The translations under genes and the position numbers were made by a program. From the NCBI GenBank assembly GCA_965279325.1, contig OZ257154.1, positions 3,521,340 through 3,585,339 on the forward strand: 64,000 bases of DNA, given 5' to 3'. The stretch is from Burkholderiales bacterium. Lineage in GTDB: Bacteria > Pseudomonadota > Gammaproteobacteria > Burkholderiales > Ga0077523. The notes below the pieces were generated by a model that saw nothing but the letters and a program-made list of their open reading frames with translations, was not told where the DNA came from and ran no database searches. Each line of letters begins with the position of its first letter. Within the stretch, counting starts at the first letter, position 1. Below, in pieces: positions 1 through 12,600 of the stretch.

Positions 1-597
1 CGCTATTCGGTGCGCTGGGCGGGAGAGCGCACGGATCTCTCCGGCTTTCTTTCCGCCTTCCATAACATTCCCGGTGGCAACGACGGTGACCAGGCGACCT
101 TCGATCGATCGCGACCTGGTGCGAGTGCAACTTATACGCTGTATCGCTATGGCGCTTCCGTAACCCAGACCCTCCCGGCCGATATCCAGATACGGCTCTC
201 GGCCAATGCCCAATACACGAGCGAACCTCTGGTTTCGGGCGAACAGTACGGTATCGGCGGCATGGATTCGGTGCGCGGCTTCATCGAGCGCGAGATCGTC
301 AACGACCGCGGCAGCCGCGTCTCGCTCGAGCTCTTCAGCCCCGACTTCGGCAGCCGTCTCTTTGCCGGAGCCAATGCGCGCATGGTGGCCTTCGGCGACG
401 CAGCCCAGGTGTCGCGTGTGCGCCCGCTTCCCGGCGAGGTGGTGAACGAATCGATCAGCGGTGCCGGTGTCGGCTTGCGGGCGAACTACAAGGCGATGTT
501 CTCGCTGCGGCTGGACTATGGCGTCGTGATCCAGCCGGGTGGGCTCCAGAGTCGCGGTGACCAGCGCCTGCAGGGCGTTGCCGCGGTGTACTTCTGA
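1..597 (+). CDS. TpsB-type outer-membrane transporter (ShlB/FhaC/HecB family), C-terminal fragment; 5' end outside window
   Basis: Frame open from base 1. Contains GIGGMDSVRGF motif and a beta-barrel-like C-terminus ending in F (GVAAVYF*). Lies 10 nt upstream of a TPS-domain exoprotein gene. Confidence 0.85.
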   Translation, partial: RYSVRWAGERTDLSGFLSAFHNIPGGNDGDQATFDRSRPGASATYTLYRYGASVTQTLPADIQIRLSANAQYTSEPLVSGEQYGIGGMDSVRGFIEREIVNDRGSRVSLELFSPDFGSRLFAGANARMVAFGDAAQVSRVRPLPGEVVNESISGAGVGLRANYKAMFSLRLDYGVVIQPGGLQSRGDQRLQGVAAVYF

Positions 598-607
598 GGC
601 GATACGG

Positions 608-3600
608 ATGAGCCGCCGCCGGGAATTCAGACCGACCACCCTCGCCGTCGCGCTCGCCGCGTGCTTTCCGATCGCGTCCATCGGCAATCCGCTCGACCCG
701 GCGGTCGTGGTGGGTGGAGCGACGTTCCAGACCCAGGGCAATACGCTGACCGTCACCAATGCGCCGGGGACGGTGATCAACTGGCAGTCGTTCTCCATCG
801 GCCAGGACGAGGTCACGCGCTTCATCCAGCAATCGGCCGCGAGCCAGGTGCTGAACCGTGTGATCGGCGGCGATCCCAGCCAGATCCTGGGTACTCTCCA
901 GTCCAACGGCCAGGTGTTCCTGATCAATCCCAACGGGATCGTCTTCGGTGTCGGCGCGCAGGTGGACGTCGCGGGCCTCGTCGTCTCGTCGCTCGGCATC
1001 ACCAACGCCGATTTCCTTTCCGGGCGGTTGTCCTTCGCCAGCGGCGCGACCGCGGGCAGCATCCGCAACGATGGTACGTTGCGGGCCGTCGACGGCGGTT
1101 CGATCTATCTCATCGCGCCTTCCATCGAGAACCACGGCATCGTCGCCGCGCCCGACGGATCCGTGGTGCTCGCGGCGGGCAAGACCGCGACCCTGATGGA
1201 TTCGAACCGGCCGTTCGTGCAGGTCGAGATCACGGCGGGTGGCGAAGCCATCAATGTCGGGCAACTGGTGGCGAGCAACGTCGGCATCTATGCCGGTGCG
1301 GTCCGCGTGAGTGGAACGGTCGAAGCCACGCATGCCGTGATGGATGAGTCCGGCCGGATCCGTTTCGCCGCGACCGGTGACACGACGATCACCGCAGACG
1401 GCGTGGTGAAGGCCGATGGTGCCTCGGGCGGTGAAGTGCGAATCGAGTCCGGCGGCACGACCCTGGTCGACGGGAAGATCACGGCCAACGGCAGCAGCGG
1501 CACCGGCGGCACCATCGTGCTGCTGGGAGCGCAGGTGGGCTTGCGGGAGGAGAGCTTCGTCGACGCATCGGGATTGCGCGGCGGCGGCAGCGTGTTCGTC
1601 GGCGGTGGCGTTCGAGGAATGGACCCGACGCTGCCGAAAGCCTCGCGTACGTACGTCGCGCCCGGTGCCATCGTCCGCGCCGACGCGCAGGAACGCGGCG
1701 ATGGCGGGCGCATCGTCGTCTGGGGTGACCAGTTCGCCGGCGTTCACGGAGCGTTGTCGGCGCGCGGCGGTGCAGTCGGCGGCAATGGGGGTTTCATCGA
1801 GACCTCGGGCGGCTCGCTCGTGGTGTCGTCCACGCCGGATGTCACCGCACCGGCGGGTGTCGGCGGAACCTGGCTCATCGACCCGAACAACATCACGATC
1901 GTGGCGGGCACCGGGTTCACGGGCATCAACAACGTCAACCCGTTCGCATCCACCGTCGACGGTGCACAACTCGGCGTCACGTTGATCCGCAATGCGCTGA
2001 CCGGTGGAGCGAACGTCACGATCACGACGGGTGCGGGCGGCAGCCAGGCCGGCGACATCGTCTGGAGCACCGGCGCGGCGCTGGATTACAACGGCTCCGG
2101 CACGAACTCGCTCACGTTGTCGGCGCATAACAGCATCACGCTGAGCTCGAACATCAGCGACAGCAATGCGACGACCACTGACCGGCTCAATCTGACGCTC
2201 ACGCCCAACAGCGACGGTGTCGGCGGTGGTGGTGTCACCGTGATGGCGTCCACCGTCCTGGATCTGAAAGGTGGATTGCTGCAGGTCAACGGTGGCGGCG
2301 GCATCACTTTCGCGAATGGCTCGACGCTGTCCAATGCCACGCTTCAGGCCGGCGCCGTCACGCTGAACAGCGGGAGCATCTACTTCAACGGCATTGCACT
2401 CGCGACGGACCTCACCGTCCCGTCCGGCACGACGTTGCGAGTGGACAGCGGGGATCTGACGTTGAGCGGCGCGAATCGTACGCTCACGCTGGCCGGAGAC
2501 ATGTACCTCTACCAGCAGACCGGGACGCAGACCCTCGGCGGGGCAGGACGAATCGTGTTCGCCAGCAGTGGGGCGACGATCTACTCGCCCTATGGCGGCA
2601 GTACGCAGGTGATCGGATCGGGGATCACGCTGACGGGTACCACCAACGGACAGTTCCAGAGCTGGGGCAACTTCCGCAACGAAGGGATCATCCGTTCCGA
2701 GGTCGCCGGGACCACCATCACGGTGACCAAGCAGAACACCGCCGGTACCAGGGCGGTGAACGTCGGGTTGATCGAGGCGACGGCTGGCTCGGTGACCCTG
2801 GGCGGCGGGCCCTGGGAGAACGAGGACGGTCCGACCAACGGGACGATCCGCGCCAACGGCGGCACGCTCAACCTGAACGGCGCATTCAGCACGGCCACCC
2901 TGGGCAACCTGCAATCGCCCTCGGGTGTGATGCAGATCGGTAGTGGTGGTGTGCTCACCAACACCGGCCAGACGCTGGCGTTGGGCAGCGGACTGACCAC
3001 CGCCTCGTTGCGGTTGGCCAATGGTGCAATCACCGGCGGCACCATCACCACGGCCAATGGTGCGACCTTCACGCAACTGGGTAGCGGTACCAGTTACCTG
3101 AACGGCGTCACGCTGGGCACCGACTTCGTCGTCCCGTCCGGTGCAGTGCTGCGGGTGGATAGCGGCGACCTGAACCTGAGTGGGACCAACCGCGTGCTGA
3201 CGCTGCAGGGTGATATTTACCTGTATCAGCAGACCGGCACGCAGACCCTGGGCGGGACGGGCCGGATCGTGTTCGCCAACAATGGCGCGCAGATCTACGC
3301 GCCCTATGGCGGCAGCACGCAAGTGATCGGCCCCGGGATCACGCTCACGGGGACGACCAACGGGCAGTTCCAGAGCTGGGGCAACATCCGCAACGAAGGG
3401 ACGATCCGTTCGGAAGTGGCCGGTACCACGATCACGGTGACCAAGCAGAACACCGGCGGCACCAAGGCGGTGAACGTCGGGACGATCGAGGCTACAGCGG
3501 GCGTGGTCACGCTCGCGGGCGGTTCGTGGGAGAACGAGGACGGGGCGTTGAACGGGACGATCCGTTCGGCCGGCGGGACGATGAACCTCACCGGCGGCTT

Positions 3601-6600
3601 CAGCACCGCCACGCTGGGCAATCTGCAATCGCCTTCTGGCGTGATGCAGATTGGCACTAGCGGCGTGCTGACCAATACCGGCGAGACGCTGGCACTCGGT
3701 AGCGGACTGACCACCGCCTCGTTGCGGCTGGCGGGCGGTGCGATCAACGGTGGAACCATCACCACGGCCAATGGCGCGACCTTCACGCAACTGGGCAGCG
3801 GCACCAGCTACCTGAACGGCGTCACGCTGGGCACCGACTTCGTCGTCCCGTCCGGTGCAGTGCTGCGGGTGGATAGCGGCGACCTGAACCTGAGTGGGAC
3901 CAACCGCGTGCTGACGCTGCAGGGTGATATTTACCTGTATCAGCAGACCGGCACGCAGACCCTGGGCGGGACGGGCCGGATCGTGTTCGCCAACAATGGC
4001 GCGCAGATCTACGCGCCCTATGGCGGCAGCACGCAAGTGATCGGCCCCGGGATCACGCTCACGGGGACGACCAACGGGCAGTTCCAGAGCTGGGGCAACA
4101 TCCGCAACGAAGGAACGATCCGTTCGGAAGTGGCCGGCACGACGATCACGGTGACCAAGCAGAACACCGGTGGCACCAAGACGGTGAACGTCGGGCTGAT
4201 CGAAGCGGTGGCCGGGTCGGTAACCTTGAGCGGTGGTCCGTGGGAGAACGAAGACGGGGCGCTCAACGGCACCATCCGCGCGGGCGCGGCGGGCACGGTC
4301 AACCTCAATGGTGCGTTCAACACCGCCACGCTGGGCAACCTGCAGACCACCGGCGCGGGTGTGATGCAGCTGACGGCCAGCGGCTCGATCGCGAACACGG
4401 GCCAGACGCTGACCCTGGGTGGGACGGGGACTTCGGCTTCATTGCGGATCGCAGGCGGAGCGATCAACGGCGGCACTATCACCACGGCCAACGGTGCATC
4501 CCTCACACAGCTCGCTAGCGGCTACAGCTACCTGAACGACGTCACGCTGGACACCGACTTCACCGTCCCGGCGGGCGGGATCCTGCGCGTCGACAGCGGC
4601 GGTCTGACGTTGGCCGGTACCAATCGCACGCTCACGCTGGTCGGGGACATGTACCTGTACCAGCAGACGGGGACACAGACCCTGGGCGGTACCGGCCGGA
4701 TCGTGTTCGCCAACGCGGGCGCGCAGATCTACAGCAACTACGCCGGCAACACCGTGGTGGTGGGCCCGAACGTCACGGTGAGCGGCACTACCAACGGCGG
4801 CCTCCAGCTGTACAGCAACTTCCGCAACGAGGGGACGATCCGTTCGGAAGTGGCGGGCACGACGATCACGGTGACCAAGCAGAACACCGGCGGCACCAAG
4901 GCGGTGAACGTCGGGCTGATCGAAGCGGTGGCCGGGTCGGTAACCCTTAGCGGTGGTCCGTGGGAGAACGAAGACGGTGCGCTCAACGGGACGATCCGTG
5001 CCAACGGCGGCACGCTCAATCTGAACGGCGCGTTCAGTACCGCCACGCTGGGCAACCTGCAATCGCCCGGCGGCGTCCTGCAGATCAGCAGCAGCGGCAG
5101 TCTCGACAACACCGGCCAGACCCTCGCCCTGGGCAGCGGACTGACCACGGCGTCGCTGCGCCTGGCCGGTGGGGCGATCAACGGTGGAACCGTCACGGCG
5201 GCCAATGGCGCGACCTTCACACAGCTCGCCAGCGGTTACAGCTACCTGAACGACGTCACGCTGGACACCGATTTCACCGTCCCGGCGGGCGGTATCCTGC
5301 GCGTCGACAGCGGCGGTCTGACGTTGGCCGGCGCCAACCGCACGCTCACGCTGGCCGGGGACATGTACCTGTACCAGCAGACCGGAACGCAAACGCTCGG
5401 CGGCACGGGTCGCATCGTGTTCGCCAACGCGAATGCGCAGATCTACAGCAACTACACCAACAACACCGTGGTGGTGGGCCCGAACGTCACGGTGAGCGGC
5501 ACCACCAACGGCAGCTTCCAGCTGTACAGCAGCTTCCGCAACGAAGGGACGATCCGTTCGGAAGTGGCCGGCACGACGATCACGGTGACCAAGCAGAACA
5601 CCGGTGGCACCAAGGCGGTGAACGTCGGGCTGATCGAAGCGGTGGCCGGATCGGTAACCTTGAGCGGTGGTCCGTGGGAGAACGAAGACGGGGCGCTCAA
5701 CGGCACCATCCGCGCGGGCGCGGCGGGCACGGTCAACCTCAATGGTGCGTTCAACACCGTCACACTGGGCAACCTGCAGGCGACCGGCGCAGGCGTGATG
5801 CAGTTGTCGAGCGGCGGCTCGATCGCCAACACCGGCCAGACACTGACGCTGGGTGGCGCGGGAACCTCGGCGTCCCTGCGACTCGCCGGTGGCGCCATCA
5901 CCGGCGGGACGGTCGCGACGGTCAACGGTGCGAGCCTCACCCTGGCTGCGGGCACCAGCCGGATGAATGCGGTGACGCTGGCCACGGATCTGACCGTCCC
6001 CGTGGGATCGGTGCTGCAAGTGGACTCCGGCGATGTGACTCTGAGCGGGTCGAATCGGGTGTTGACGCTGCAGGGTGATATGTACCTGTACCAGCAGACC
6101 GGAACGCAGACCCTGGGCGGCACGGGCCGGATCGTGTTCGCCAACGCGGGCGCGCAGATCTACGCCAACTACACCAACAACACCGTGGTGGTGGGCCCGA
6201 ACGTCACGGTGAACGCAACCACCAACGGAGCCTTCTCGCTGTACAGCAACTTCCGCAACGAGGGGGCGATCCGTTCGGACGTGGCTGGCACCACGATCAC
6301 GGTGAACAAGTACGGCACCGGCACTTCGGAGAACGTCGGGTCGATCGTGGCCGACGGATCATCGGCCGTGGTGCTGAACGGCACCACCGCCACGCTCGAC
6401 AATACCGGCGGCACGATTCGCGCGAGCAATGGCGGGCGCATCGACATCAACACGACCATCGCCACGTCGGATCTCGGGACTCTCGATGCCACCGGCGGCA
6501 CGGTGCGCCTCATGAGCAGTGGCGTGCTCGACAACACGGGCGACACGTTCCAGCCGGGCGTGGACATGGCGGGCTCGCTCACCGTGGCCGGCGGCACGAT

Positions 6601-9600
6601 CCGCGGCGGCATCGTGCAGGACGACCCGGCGAATCCGGCCGCGCTCATCCTCGTCAACGGCACCTCGCCGAGGTTCGACAACGTCACGGTCGACTACGAC
6701 CTCGCACTGGCGGCCAACCAGTTGCTCTACGTGGACAACGGCAACCTCACGCTGGCGAACGGCCGGACGCTGACCATCGGATCCGCCGCCGGAGCCGCCT
6801 ACCTGTATTTCACGCAGAACGCCGCGCAGGAACTCAGGACCACCGCCGGCGGCTCGGCGCAAGTGTTGTTCGCCAATGCGTCCGGCACCAGTTACGTCTA
6901 CTCCAATTCCAGCACGCTCAGCCACCAGTTGACCATCCGGCCGGGCATCACGATCGGTGGCACCGGCGACGGTCTCGTCTACGCGCCCACGCTGGTCAAC
7001 GAGGGCACCATCCGCGCCGGAGCCACGGGCCAGAGCATCAATGTCCAGGCCTACTCGTTCGACAACCTGTCCGGCGGCCTGGTCGAAGCGGCGTCGGGCG
7101 GCTCGATCCTGTTCCAGAACTACGCCACGAGTGCCTCCGAGTTCACCAATGCAGGGACGATTCGCGCCGCGCCCGGTGGCACGGTCGAGCTCGACTACGG
7201 CACTTTCTCCGGCACCTTCCTGTCGTCGCTGACGAGTACCGGCGGAACGGTGGCCGTCGGCAGCGTGGTCGACAACACCAATCAGACGCTGACACTCGAC
7301 CCCGCTACCATCGGCAATCTGAACCTGTTCTCCGGCGGCACGATCCGCGGCGGCACGGTGACGAGCGTCGGCGGTGCAACGCTCACCATCCCGAACGCCG
7401 GTTCGATCACGCTCGACGGTGTGACGCTCGACACCGATCTGGTCGCGGCCGGCAACTCGACCATCTCCGTGCCCGGCACGCTCACGATCGTGGGTGGCCA
7501 CCGGCTATCGTTGGGCTCGGCGGGCACGTCGGCGACGCTCGTCTTCAATGGAGCCGCGGCCAACAGCCTGCTGCGCGGCGGCACCGGGACGGCCGAGGTC
7601 GCCTTCGCCTCCGGTACGGGCAGCAACCTTTATCACAACAGCGGCACGCTCGACATCGGTTCGGGTGTCCTGATCCATTCCACCGGCGGCAGCGGAACGA
7701 TCAACAACAACGGCCGGGTTTTCACCAACAGCGGCGAGATCGACGCGGACGTATCCGGCCAGACCATCAACCTCGTCGCGACCGGGATGACCAATAGCGG
7801 CCTGGTCGGCGCCTCGAACGGCGGCGTTCTCGCCCTGAGCGGTACGTTCAACCCGGCATCGCTCGGTGTATTCGATGCCAACGGAGGCACGGTCCGGATC
7901 GGAAGTTCGGCGATCTTCGACCTGCAAGGCGGCGTCTTCGCCATGACTGCCGCAACCGGCGGCGTCGAACTCTCCGCCGGCACGATCCGTAACGGCACCT
8001 TGCGCGATGCCGGCGCCGCCATGACGGTCGGTCCGTCCTCCGGAACGCTCGACGGCGTGACGCTCGACCAGAATCTCACGCTCGCGAGCCGGAATCTCAA
8101 CGTTCCGAACGGTCTCGCGATCCAGGGCGGACGCACCGTCAACCTCGAAGGCGGCGGCGTGCTGACGCTCACGGGTACCGGCGTCGCCCGCGCGATCACC
8201 CGTGGAGGCAGCGGCACGGCGGAGATCGTGCTCGGCAACGGCGCGATCAGCGCCAACAACACCGGCACGCTGACATTGGGGCAAGGGTTGCTCGTGCGCT
8301 CGGGTGCCAACGGCAACGGGTCGATCGGTAGCGGCAACACGACCGCACTCATCAATCAGGGCACGATCGCCGTCGACCAATCCGGCCGCTCCATTTCGCT
8401 GTTCGCGAACGCGACCGGATCGATCGACAATCAGGGGCTGATCCGCGTCGTGCAGGGCGCGTCCCTGTCCACGACCGGCCATGCTCTCGTCAACAACAAC
8501 ACGGCGGTCGGCGGCGGATTGCAGATCGGCGGCACGATCACGCTGGGCACGGGTATCACGCTCACCAACAACGGGCGATTCGGCCCGGGCAATTCGCCGG
8601 GCCTGGCGACGATCAGCGGCAATCTCGTGCTCGGCACCAACAGCGTCCTCGATATCGAAGTCGAAGGGCTCGCGCGCGGCACGCAATACGACGCGATCGA
8701 CGTCACGGGGACGGCCACCCTCGGCGGCGCGGTCAATGTCATCCGGTTCGGGGCCTACACGGAGACCGCCGGCGATATCCTGCGGGTCGTGACCGCGCAG
8801 GCTCTGTCCGGCAATTTCCGATCGGTCACGGGCACCGCCACGTGGACGGTGCAAACAGACGTGCGCAACGCGTTCCTGCAAGCGATCAGCAGCGATCCGA
8901 TTCTTCTCTGGACCCTCAACGGTTCCGGGGCCTGGACGACGGCAGCCAACTGGAACCTCAATCGAGTTCCGACGGCCACGGACATCGTGCTGATCGATCA
9001 ACCGGGCACGATCAACGTCGCATTGTCCTCCGGTGCCTTGGCGGCGCGACGCCTGTTCGCGTTCGACGGCGTCACGATCAACGGCGCGACGCTGACGCTC
9101 GCCGGGTCGTCGTTCGTGGGAGCGGGATCGTCGTTCGCGCTGTCCAGCGGCGGACTCGGCGGTGCCGGCGACCTCACGTTGACGGGCGCGTCCACCTGGA
9201 GCGGTGGTGTCCTGAGCGGCGGCAGCGCGTTGCGTCTCGCCTCCGGCGCCGTACTGACCGCCAGCGGCAACTCTGCCACTACGCAGCTCGCGGGTCGCAC
9301 GCTGGAGATCCAGAGCGGTGCGAGCGCGACCTTCAACGGCGAGATCGAATCCGAGCCCGGCACCAGCGTGATCAACAATGCCGGCACGCTGACCTTGGCG
9401 GGCACGCGGCTGAGCCACATCTATAACGCCAGCGGCACGATCACGGTGAACAACACCGGGACGGTCAACAAGACCGGCGCCGGCGTCTACGACCTGGGCA
9501 CCGACTTCAACAACGACGGTACCGTGAACATCCAGGGCGGGACACTGCGCCTGGCTGGCTCCGGCACCAGCAACGGCGTCGTTGCGATCGGCGGCAACGT

Positions 9601-12600
9601 GCTCGAACTGGCCGGCGGTACCCAGACGCTCACCAGCGCTTCGAACCTCTCGGGCAGTGGAACGCTACGCACCAGCGGCGGCAGTCTGGTCGTGAACACC
9701 ACCACACCGAACTTCAGCTTCAACGGCACGGTGCAGACCAGCAGCGGCAGTGCGAGCTTTGCACCGTCGATGACCCTGTCGCAGCTCACGTTGAGCGGTG
9801 GTACGACGACCTTCAATGCTGCGGTGAGCACGCCACGGCTGACCCAGAGCGGCGGTACGCTCGCCGGCGCAAGTACGCTCACGCTGAGCGGTCCCGGCTC
9901 CACCTGGAGCGGTGGCACGTGGAGCGGTGGTGGCCGCGTGGTGCTGAACACCGGGACCGATCTCGTGGCCAGCGGCAACTCTGCTACTACGCAGCTTGCG
10001 GGTCGCACGCTGGAGATCCAGAGCGGCGCGAGCGCGACCTTCAACGGCGAGATCGAATCCGAGCCCGGGACGAGCGTGATCGCCAACGCCGGCACGCTGA
10101 CCCTGGCGGGAACGCGGCTGAGCCACATCTACAACGCCAGCGGCACGATCACGGTGAACAACACCGGCACGATCAACAAGACCGGCACGGGCACCTACAG
10201 CCTTGGCGCCAATCTGAACAACGACGCGGTGTTGAATGTCCTCGCCGGCAATCTCACGAACGACGGCAATGGGACCAGCACGGGCGATCTCGATATCGCC
10301 GCCTCGGCGACCTATCAGCACGCCGGCGGAACGCAGACGTTGACCAACGCATCCGGCGTGACCGGCGTCGGCGAGTTGCTGGTGTCCGGCGGTACCTTGG
10401 CGGTGAACACGCCGACTGCCGGATTCGCGCATACGGGCGTCATCCGGAACACCGGCGGACTGGCGAGTTTCGCCGCGAATCTCACGCCGTCGCACGTGGC
10501 TCTCTCCGGCGGTACGACGACCTTCAACGGCAGCGTCATCACGCCGTTGCTCAGTCAGAGCGGCGGCACGCTTGCAGGCGGGAGTCTGGTGACGCTGACC
10601 GGCGCCGGATCGACCTGGACCGGTGGAACGTGGACCAGCAACGGCACCGTGCGCCTGAACCCGGGTGCATCGTTGACCGCCAATGGCAGCTCCGCCACCA
10701 CGCAGCTTGCGGGTCGCACGCTGGAGATCCAGAGCGGTGCGAGCGCGACCTTCAACGGCGAGATCGAATCCGAGCCCGGTACGAGCGTGATCGCGAATGC
10801 CGGCACGCTGACCCTGGCGGGCACGCGGCTGAGCCACATCTACAACGCCAGCGGCACGATCACGGTGAACAACACCGGCACGATCAACAAGACCGGCGCC
10901 GGCGTTTACGATCTGGGCACCGACTTCAACAACGACGGTACCGTGAACATCCAGGGCGGGACACTGCGCCTGGCCGGCTCCGGCGCCAGCAACGGTACCT
11001 TCGCGATCGGCGGCAGCGTCCTCGAGCAAGCCTTCGGGACGCAGACCTTCACCAGCGCCTCGAGCCTCTCGGGCAGCGGGACGCTGCGCACCAGCGGCGG
11101 CAGTCTCGTGGTCAACACCACCACAGCGAACTTCGGCTTCTCCGGTACGGTACAGACCAGCAACGGCAGTGCGAGCTTCGCCCCGTCGATGACCCTGTCG
11201 CAGCTCACGTTGAGCGGTGGTACGACGACCTTCAATGGCGCGGTGAGCACGCCGCAGTTGACGCAGAGCGCGGGCGTGCTCGCGGGCGCGAGCGTAGTGA
11301 CGCTCACTGGTCCCGGCTCCACCTGGAGCGGCGGTACGTGGACGGGCAACGGCACCGTTCGTCTCGCCTCCGGCGCCGTACTGACGGCGAGCGGCAGCAC
11401 CGCCAGCACGCAGTTGGCCGGTCGCACGCTGGAGATACAGAACGGTGCGAGCGCGATCTTCAACGGCGAGATCGAATCCGAACCCGGCACGAGTGTGATC
11501 AACAACGCCGGGACGCTGACGCTGGCCGGCACGCGGCTGAGCCACGTCTACAACGCCAGCGGCACGATCACGGTGAACAACACCGGGACCATCGAGAAGA
11601 CCGGTACGGGCGCCTACATCCTTGGCGCCAACCTCAACAACAACCAGACCGGTGATATCAACGCGTCCGGGACCCTCGTGCTCGCCGGTGGCACGCTCAC
11701 CAATGCCGGCACCCTGCGCCCGGCGGGTGCCGGCACCATCGGCACGCTCAATCTCGGCGGAAACTTCGTGCAAACCGGCACGGGCGTGATCGAGATCGAG
11801 ACGATCGGTACCGCGCCGGGCGATTCGGACGTGCTCGCCGTGTCGGGCAACGCGGCATTGGGTGGATTGCTGGAACTGGTCGCCATCAACGGCTACACGC
11901 CATCCGGCGCGAGTGCGTACGCCGACGTTCTCACCTACGCATCCCGTACCGGAGCCTTCGAAGCCGTCGGTGGCGCGGCATTCCCGGCGCTTACCCCGAC
12001 CTACGGAGCCAACGGCCTCACGATCGCGATCACCACCGGTGGCTCCATCGTGTGTCCCACCGGCTTCAGCGTGTGCTGGATCGGCACTTCGGATGGCAGC
12101 TGGAACGATACCGCGCAATGGAACACCGGCGCAGTGCCAACGGCAACGGACGATGTGTACGTGGCGGCGCCCGGCAGCATCACCATTACTGCGGCGAACG
12201 GCGGCGCCGTGAATCGACTCGTGAGCGAAGAGAGCTTCCTCCTGGCCGGTGGGACGTTCTTGCTCAACGGCGCATCGTCCGTCGGTCAGACACTGGCGAT
12301 CACGGGCGGTATCTTGCAGGCTAACGCAAACCTGGCGGCTGGATCGATCACCCTCAATGGTGGCGCGCTCAACGTCGGGGCTGGCGCGACGGTGTCCATC
12401 GCGAACCAGTTCGCATGGTCGGGGGGGGGCATCAATGGTGCGGGCACCAGCTCGGTGCTGCAGATCGCCGCGCCCGCCACCGTGAATGTGAGTGGCGCAA
12501 CGAAGGCGTTGGTCAACGTCGCCGTTGTCAACGCCGGCCAGATGAATCTGGGCCTCAGCACGAACAGCATGCTGCAGTTGAACGACGGTGCGTCAATTTC

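Noticed and set aside
539-607. ORF-track start of tpsA at 539, overlapping the tpsB 3' end.
   Set aside because: The ATG at 608 gives a canonical n-region plus hydrophobic signal peptide and lies just after the tpsB stop. The upstream 23 codons are the tail of tpsB read in another frame.
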